Assembly (NCBI RefSeq): GCF_001194135.2
Contig: NC_069007.1
Location: 4,239,186 to 4,303,185, forward strand
Direction: 5' to 3'
DNA from: Octopus bimaculoides
Taxonomy: Eukaryota
DNA: 64,000 bases
Part shown: positions 62,601-64,000 of the stretch, piece by piece
Layout of the letters: the number at the start of each line of letters is the position of its first letter
How positions within the stretch are numbered: position 1 is the first letter of the stretch
Translations under genes and position numbers: made by a program
Notes under the pieces: generated by a model
Seen by the model: the letters and a program-made list of their open reading frames with translations, nothing else
Told to the model about the DNA's origin: nothing
The model's database searches: none

Positions 62601-62762
62601 GAGATTTTTGATATTTTCAGCAATTTTCTGCTACTGATTCTGTATATTTCCCAACTGGTTTCCAAGCCCATCGCATACAAATATTTATAATTGATACATT
62701 TGACGTTAGTAAAAGTGTGAAAATCTTATTGGATATCCACGGCTGTTTTGAACCAGTGTTTC
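7738..62762 (+). CDS. SSPO: SCO-spondin-like multi-exon gene, 35 exons traced, 5' and 3' incomplete (EMI-EGF-TB-like-3x[VWD-C8-TIL-E]-6xLDLa-Thr-rich-discoidin-like)
   Basis: All 35 exons have AG/GT boundaries and consecutive phases match, giving one stop-free frame of 5525 nt. Motifs: TFDG and GLCG in three VWDs, C8-3 [15 protein letters not shown], six LDLa repeats with DCxDxxDE-type ends. Domain order and several motifs match vertebrate SCO-spondin as recalled. Symbol is an orthology inference. Confidence 0.85.
8051..8385. repeat. 42-bp minisatellite, about 7 degenerate units
   Basis: Unit atctttaatccatcatttgaactgtgtctcaatctatcagca. Confidence 0.85.
9570..9800 (+). mobile_element. RTE-clade LINE RT fragment
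   Basis: RIGAAPRAFGKL...VY..A.STLL..CETWTL pattern across frameshifts. Confidence 0.65.
10171..10471. repeat. 16-bp polypyrimidine minisatellite (TCTTCTCCTTTTTCCC)n, about 19 units
   Basis: Directly visible; only three purines in about 300 nt. Confidence 0.95.
10826..11035 (+). mobile_element. SINE family 3 (ttctgagttcaaatt...gcctttcatcc core)
   Basis: Many further copies, e.g. about 7135, 13190, 13397, 13965, 14215, 24808, 58383. Confidence 0.75.
11917..11978 (+). CDS. SSPO: Exon 2 (EMI C-term, [21 protein letters not shown])
   Basis: ttttag/gtaagt; CCxGYxGxxC EMI ending; 62 nt, phase 2-1. Confidence 0.9.
12124..12344. mobile_element. Mariner-derived MITE, about 220 bp
   Basis: TA-bounded TIRs GGGTGCTGAAAAG; copies at 21641-21863 and 33467-33681. 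Confidence 0.8.
12357..12822 (+). mobile_element. Mariner 5' fragment (transposase N-terminus)
   Basis: TTGGGTTGGC TIR-like start; MECKNEHF...[28 protein letters not shown]. Confidence 0.85.
13714..13818 (+). CDS. SSPO: Exon 3 (EGF-like, [29 protein letters not shown])
   Basis: tgtag/gtaagc; six-Cys EGF; 105 nt, phase 1-1. Confidence 0.93.
14550..14720 (+). CDS. SSPO: Exon 4 (TB/hybrid-like, GYCYSGSHC...[22 protein letters not shown])
   Basis: ttgcag/gtgagt; 171 nt, phase 1-1; CY..C..CC..SWG..C..C pattern. Confidence 0.9.
15653..15855 (+). CDS. SSPO: Exon 5 (VWD1 start, [15 protein letters not shown])
   Basis: ttttacag/gtaaat; 203 nt, phase 1-0. Confidence 0.95.
15898..16376. mobile_element. 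Tandem pair of piggyBac-like MITEs
   Basis: TTAA-CCCTTT...AAAGGG-TTAA ends; two units of about 225 bp with a short spacer. Confidence 0.8.
17088..17190 (+). CDS. SSPO: Exon 6 (VWD1 middle, [15 protein letters not shown])
   Basis: ttttcag/gtatgt; 103 nt, phase 0-1 fits both neighbours. Confidence 0.85.
18617..18781 (+). CDS. SSPO: Exon 7 (VWD1, [10 protein letters not shown])
   Basis: catag/gtaagt; 165 nt, phase 1-1. Confidence 0.93.
19655..19740 (+). CDS. SSPO: Exon 8 (VWD1 end, [21 protein letters not shown])
   Basis: ttccag/gtatga; 86 nt, phase 1-0. Confidence 0.9.
20757..20870 (+). CDS. SSPO: Exon 9 (C8-1 start)
   Basis: tcttag/gttagt; 114 nt, phase 0-0; ...[16 protein letters not shown]. 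Confidence 0.9.
21201..21576 (+). mobile_element. tRNA-head SINE family 1 with 11-bp TSD
   Basis: TSD TCACATCTGCC at 21190-21200 and 21577-21587. Confidence 0.9.
21641..21863. mobile_element. Mariner-derived MITE
   Basis: Inverted copy of 12124-12344. Confidence 0.75.
22471..22636 (+). CDS. SSPO: Exon 10 (C8-1, ...[21 protein letters not shown])
   Basis: tttcag/gtaagt; 166 nt, phase 0-1. Confidence 0.93.
23275..23739 (+). mobile_element. Mariner transposase internal fragment
   Basis: LGKWAPREL (WVPHEL variant), [25 protein letters not shown]; frameshifted. Confidence 0.9.
24054..24088 (+). ncRNA. Minimal type I hammerhead ribozyme motif (Penelope type, U4C core variant)
   Basis: CCGACGA-A-GAGC(UCC)GCUC-GAAA-CGUC/AGAU; palindromic ACGU helix III; weak 4-bp helix I. 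Confidence 0.7.
24347..24587 (+). CDS. SSPO: Exon 11 (TIL1 and E1 start)
   Basis: tttcag/gtatgt; 241 nt, phase 1-2; [18 protein letters not shown]. Confidence 0.95.
25749..27485 (-). mobile_element. Penelope-like retroelement relic (RT and GIY-YIG), 5'-truncated and frameshifted
   Basis: [74 protein letters not shown]; 3' end runs into an N gap. Confidence 0.93.
27504..27645 (+). CDS. SSPO: Exon 12 (E1 end, VWD2 start [15 protein letters not shown])
   Basis: ttttag/gtttgt; 142 nt, phase 2-0. Confidence 0.95.
28525..28930 (-). mobile_element. SINE family 2 (tRNA-like head, internal microsatellite)
   Basis: Near-identical to 30952-31420; more copies near 3160, 9243, 27675, 49055, 56378. Confidence 0.8.
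29352..29669 (+). CDS. SSPO: Exon 13 (VWD2 core)
   Basis: ttccag/gtaata; 318 nt, phase 0-0. Confidence 0.93.
29987..30366 (+). mobile_element. tRNA-head SINE family 1 with 12-bp TSD
   Basis: TSD TGTTTGCGTGTG at 29975-29986 and 30367-30378. Confidence 0.9.
30453..30614 (+). CDS. SSPO: Exon 14 (VWD2, VQGLCGRFN)
   Basis: ttatag/gtaagt; 162 nt, phase 0-0. Confidence 0.93.
30952..31420 (-). mobile_element. SINE family 2, near full length
   Basis: Matches the copies at 28525 and 49055. Confidence 0.8.
32125..32356 (+). CDS. SSPO: Exon 15 (C8-2)
   Basis: AAG acceptor after a long pyrimidine tract, gtaagt donor; 232 nt, phase 0-1. Confidence 0.92.
32470..32850 (-). mobile_element. RTE-type LINE 3' end with (GAT)n tail
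   Basis: Minus strand [33 protein letters not shown], then UTR and gatgatgat. Confidence 0.65.
33467..33681. mobile_element. Mariner-derived MITE
   Basis: Same family as 12124 and 21641. Confidence 0.7.
33748..34009 (+). CDS. SSPO: Exon 16 (TIL2 and E2 start)
   Basis: aattag/gtaatt; 262 nt, phase 1-2. Confidence 0.95.
34091..34628 (+). mobile_element. R4/Dong-type RLE retrotransposon 3' fragment A
   Basis: ILWDFP...PDIII...IDVNVP...[14 protein letters not shown]...[18 protein letters not shown]; (TAA)n on both sides. Confidence 0.85.
34678..35368 (+). mobile_element. R4/Dong-type 3' end B (two near-identical copies either side of an N gap)
   Basis: [28 protein letters not shown]; (TAA)n flanks. 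Confidence 0.8.
35923..36118 (+). CDS. SSPO: Exon 17 (E2 end, eight-Cys TIL')
   Basis: tttgaag/gtaagt; 196 nt, phase 2-0. Confidence 0.93.
36582..36715. mobile_element. Small Tc1/mariner-type MITE
   Basis: TA-GGTTGAGGAAAAAGTTAGTG inverted termini. Confidence 0.75.
36997..37088 (+). CDS. SSPO: Exon 18 (TIL' end, E' start)
   Basis: ttacag/gtaagt; 92 nt, phase 0-2. Confidence 0.92.
37524..37735 (+). mobile_element. R4/Dong-type 3' end C
   Basis: [10 protein letters not shown]...[15 protein letters not shown]...LRSVLEC* following (TAA)n. Confidence 0.7.
37869..37918 (+). CDS. SSPO: Exon 19 (E' end, [16 protein letters not shown])
   Basis: ttcacag/gtaagc; 50 nt, phase 2-1, bridges exons 18 and 20. 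Confidence 0.85.
38004..38485. mobile_element. Inverted copy of the piggyBac-like MITE pair at 15898-16376
   Basis: Shares the spacer gaattgtttctctattatatatttt (reverse complement). Confidence 0.8.
39271..39460. repeat. Long inverted repeat: 84-nt arms, 22-nt loop
   Basis: Arms 39271-39354 and 39377-39460; outer 44 bp perfect, six differences in the inner 40 bp. Confidence 0.92.
39951..40292 (+). CDS. SSPO: Exon 20 (VWD3, [15 protein letters not shown])
   Basis: tattag/gtaagt; 342 nt, phase 1-1. Confidence 0.96.
40707..40932 (+). mobile_element. Unclassified (TAA)n-tailed retroelement 3' end or SINE
   Basis: Copy of 7379-7685. Confidence 0.6.
41414..41622 (+). CDS. SSPO: Exon 21 (VWD3, [11 protein letters not shown])
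   Basis: taacag/gtaagg; 209 nt, phase 1-0. Confidence 0.96.
43688..43821 (+). CDS. SSPO: Exon 22 (C8-3 first half)
   Basis: ctttag/gtaagt; 134 nt, phase 0-2. Confidence 0.93.
44625..44977 (-). mobile_element. tRNA-head SINE family 1
   Basis: Reverse complement of family consensus with small deletions. Confidence 0.85.
45087..45196 (+). CDS. SSPO: Exon 23 (C8-3, [11 protein letters not shown]...WRHQHLC)
   Basis: ttgaag/gtaagt; 110 nt, phase 2-1. Confidence 0.95.
45707..46131. mobile_element. pogo/Tigger-like MITE
   Basis: Perfect 17-bp TIR CCGTAAATCCTCGAGTA with TA on both sides. Confidence 0.85.
46215..46364 (+). CDS. SSPO: Exon 24 (TIL3)
   Basis: tttcag/gtaagc; 150 nt, phase 1-1. Confidence 0.95.
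46648..46809 (+). mobile_element. R4/Dong-type 3' end D
   Basis: [27 protein letters not shown]; (TAA)n flanks. Confidence 0.8.
46839..47080 (+). mobile_element. R4/Dong-type 3' end E
   Basis: [14 protein letters not shown]...[21 protein letters not shown]; (TAA)n flanks. Confidence 0.8.
47622..47715 (+). CDS. SSPO: Exon 25 (TIL3 end, E3 start)
   Basis: taccag/gtatgg; 94 nt, phase 1-2. Confidence 0.93.
49531..49688 (+). CDS. SSPO: Exon 26 (E3 end and LDLa1)
   Basis: ttgtag/gtaagt; 158 nt, phase 2-1; [13 protein letters not shown]. Confidence 0.95.
49830..50198 (-). mobile_element. tRNA-head SINE family 1
   Basis: Near-identical reverse complement of 61709-62090. Confidence 0.9.
50299..50511 (-). 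mobile_element. SINE family 3 with target-site duplication
   Basis: TCTGTGAAGGAAGAATATT on both sides (about 50280 and 50513). Confidence 0.85.
50718..50831 (+). CDS. SSPO: Exon 27 (LDLa2)
   Basis: ccccag/gtaagt; 114 nt, phase 1-1. Confidence 0.95.
51522..51950 (+). mobile_element. CRE-type non-LTR retrotransposon RLE/3' fragment
   Basis: DSFAP...[47 protein letters not shown]; two in-frame stops. Confidence 0.8.
52642..52764 (+). CDS. SSPO: Exon 28 (LDLa3)
   Basis: cttcag/gtaaat; 123 nt, phase 1-1. Confidence 0.95.
53228..53344 (+). CDS. SSPO: Exon 29 (LDLa4)
   Basis: ttctag/gtacgt; 117 nt, phase 1-1. Confidence 0.95.
53985..54400 (-). mobile_element. RTE-clade LINE C-terminal fragment
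   Basis: WYRHVL...[20 protein letters not shown], resembling WYGHVLR...GWKRPRGRP.TRW.D. Confidence 0.55.
54674..54800. mobile_element. Tc1/mariner MITE, 127 bp
   Basis: Perfect 21-bp TIR CAGGGTGTCCACAAAGTCTGG, TA flanks. Confidence 0.9.
54947..55057 (+). CDS. SSPO: Exon 30 (LDLa5, eight Cys)
   Basis: tggcag/gtaagt; 111 nt, phase 1-1. Confidence 0.93.
55835..56205 (+). mobile_element. RTE-type LINE 3' UTR with (GAT)n tail
   Basis: Highly similar to 5045-5408. Confidence 0.65.
56786..56902 (+). CDS. SSPO: Exon 31 (LDLa6)
   Basis: tgccag/gtgagt; 117 nt, phase 1-1. Confidence 0.94.
57455..57824. mobile_element. Fold-back MITE-like element with an internal direct duplication
   Basis: Units 57455-57592 and 57630-57766 separated by (TA)n; inverted 53-nt arm 57772-57824. 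Confidence 0.7.
57915..57947 (+). CDS. SSPO: Exon 32 (33-nt micro-exon, [10 protein letters not shown])
   Basis: ttacag/gtaagt; phase 1-1; low-complexity linker so weaker support. Confidence 0.6.
58181..58735. mobile_element. Tc1-type MITE with a nested SINE family 3 copy
   Basis: TA-CAGGGTGG(A/G)CCA inverted ends; SINE at about 58383-58676. Confidence 0.6.
59101..59169 (+). CDS. SSPO: Exon 33 (linker, [22 protein letters not shown])
   Basis: tttgcag/gtagct; 69 nt, phase 1-1. Confidence 0.6.
60747..61180 (+). CDS. SSPO: Exon 34 (Thr-rich linker and N part of discoidin-like domain)
   Basis: tgccag/gtagtt; 434 nt, phase 1-0; lies within the supplied 212-aa ORF. Confidence 0.88.
61709..62090 (+). 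mobile_element. Full-length tRNA-head SINE family 1 with 15-bp TSD
   Basis: TSD ATTTCACCTGCCACA at 61694-61708 and 62091-62105; (CAA)n tail. Confidence 0.93.
62621..62762 (+). CDS. SSPO: Exon 35 (discoidin-like C-term, [12 protein letters not shown]...[10 protein letters not shown])
   Basis: tttcag/gtaagt; 142 nt, phase 0-1; resembles the FA58C F..P..A..IRI...LEL.GC ending. Confidence 0.85.
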
Positions 62763-64000
62763 GTAAGTAACAACTAAAAGAGAAGCTGTTTATTCACACA
62801 AGTCTGTGTTGTCGTCATCACCTTTGTTACCAAACGTTCACTGTCTGTGATTCTGTGTTTTGCTCTGGTTTCTTCTTCAGTTCGTCTTTGTCTATATTAC
62901 TTTGCATTTGTCATATGTTCTGGAAAATATAGTAAATATTTGTTAGTTTCATGTTTTTTGTAATTGATATCTAAAGAAATTATGTTGTTTGTTGTTGATT
63001 GTTTTGTTTAAAGGAATTTAAGGCACAAAAATGTAAGGGAGATGGAGTAGTTTTAAGGTTAATGAATTTCATTGTAAAAGAGTTAAAAATCCTCAACATA
63101 TTTAAGGTTAATCAGTTCTGCTTTACATAAATAACTGAGAAAGAAAAGCAAACTTTAAGTAGATTTCTTAATGAGAGATGGATAGACATTTTCCAATTTT
63201 AAAAAGAATAACATGTAGTATTTCAGATGAAAACTATTCATACTCAAAATTGTAATTTTTCAAACAATTCTATTTTTGGTATGTTCCATTATTTTATGTT
63301 CCCATCATTACCATTATCTGACTTTCTCTCTAAAATATTTGAAAGTAACATCATGGCTTTTCGCTAAATTTTGGCATAAAAATATTGATTTTAACAGAAT
63401 TTATTATTTTGAATTGAACAATGTATAATCTTTCATATCTAAATTCACTACTTAAAGATTTCTAACAAACCATATTAGTATAATATCTACCACATTTTCT
63501 TGTGTTTGTTACTATATTCTGATGCCTAGGCCAAATTATCTTTATATATAATAATATAATTATCATAGACATCAATGTGAATATTGACCCAGCATTTAAT
63601 AATGGTGTTGTAATGGTTGTTGTTGCTGTCTTTTTTTCCAGTCATTATTCCAGAATATGTTGATATTATGTCCAGTGTCATGTCGTATCTATTCAGTTAT
63701 ATTTTAAAAATTTCTTTTGTGGTTTTCAAGTTTTTGTCATTTTACATATTCCTATTTCCCCTGAAGTAAAGTTCTTCTTTACTGATTTTCTTGTGAGGGT
63801 TTGTGATGAAGACTGCAACTGTTTATGTTGAATATAGTGTATATTATATAGTGTATATTATATATGAAATTATTAATAAATCATAATTGTATAGAAAAGC
63901 AAAACAATTTGGTCATAGAAAACAGTGTTTCTGAACTGGAATTTATGTGAGATTTTTTTAGGAGTCCATGCAAGGAAAATGGTAAATTGGGTATACACAG

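Noticed and set aside
62790-62900. Minus-strand frame MQSNIDKDELKKKPEQNTESQTVNVW
   Set aside because: Short, bounded by stops, no in-frame acceptor; not enough for a nested gene.

Overview
AT-rich, microsatellite-dense, gapped eukaryotic scaffold. The repeat landscape looks like an octopus/cephalopod draft assembly (inference from familiarity; not verifiable here). One large plus-strand gene dominates. I traced 35 GT-AG exons from 7738 to 62762 whose phases join into one open frame (5525 nt, about 1841 codons, both ends incomplete). It encodes EMI-like, EGF, TB-like, three VWD-C8-TIL-E assemblies (with a TIL'-E' before VWD3), six LDLa repeats, a Thr-rich linker and a divergent discoidin/FA58C-like domain. 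This is a SCO-spondin-type protein. The signal-peptide exon was not confidently found and the gene continues past the last exon seen. Introns carry a decayed Penelope-like element, two (TA)n-flanked mini-elements with hammerhead-ribozyme-type motifs, five different R4/Dong-type 3' ends embedded in (TAA)n, a CRE-type endonuclease fragment, RTE fragments, mariner relics, several MITEs, three SINE families, an 84-bp-arm hairpin and minisatellites. Most long ORFs in the supplied track are artefacts of N gaps or microsatellites. No rRNA, true tRNA or CRISPR features were seen. Comparisons to human SSPO, VWF and MUC2 are recalled from memory and need alignment.
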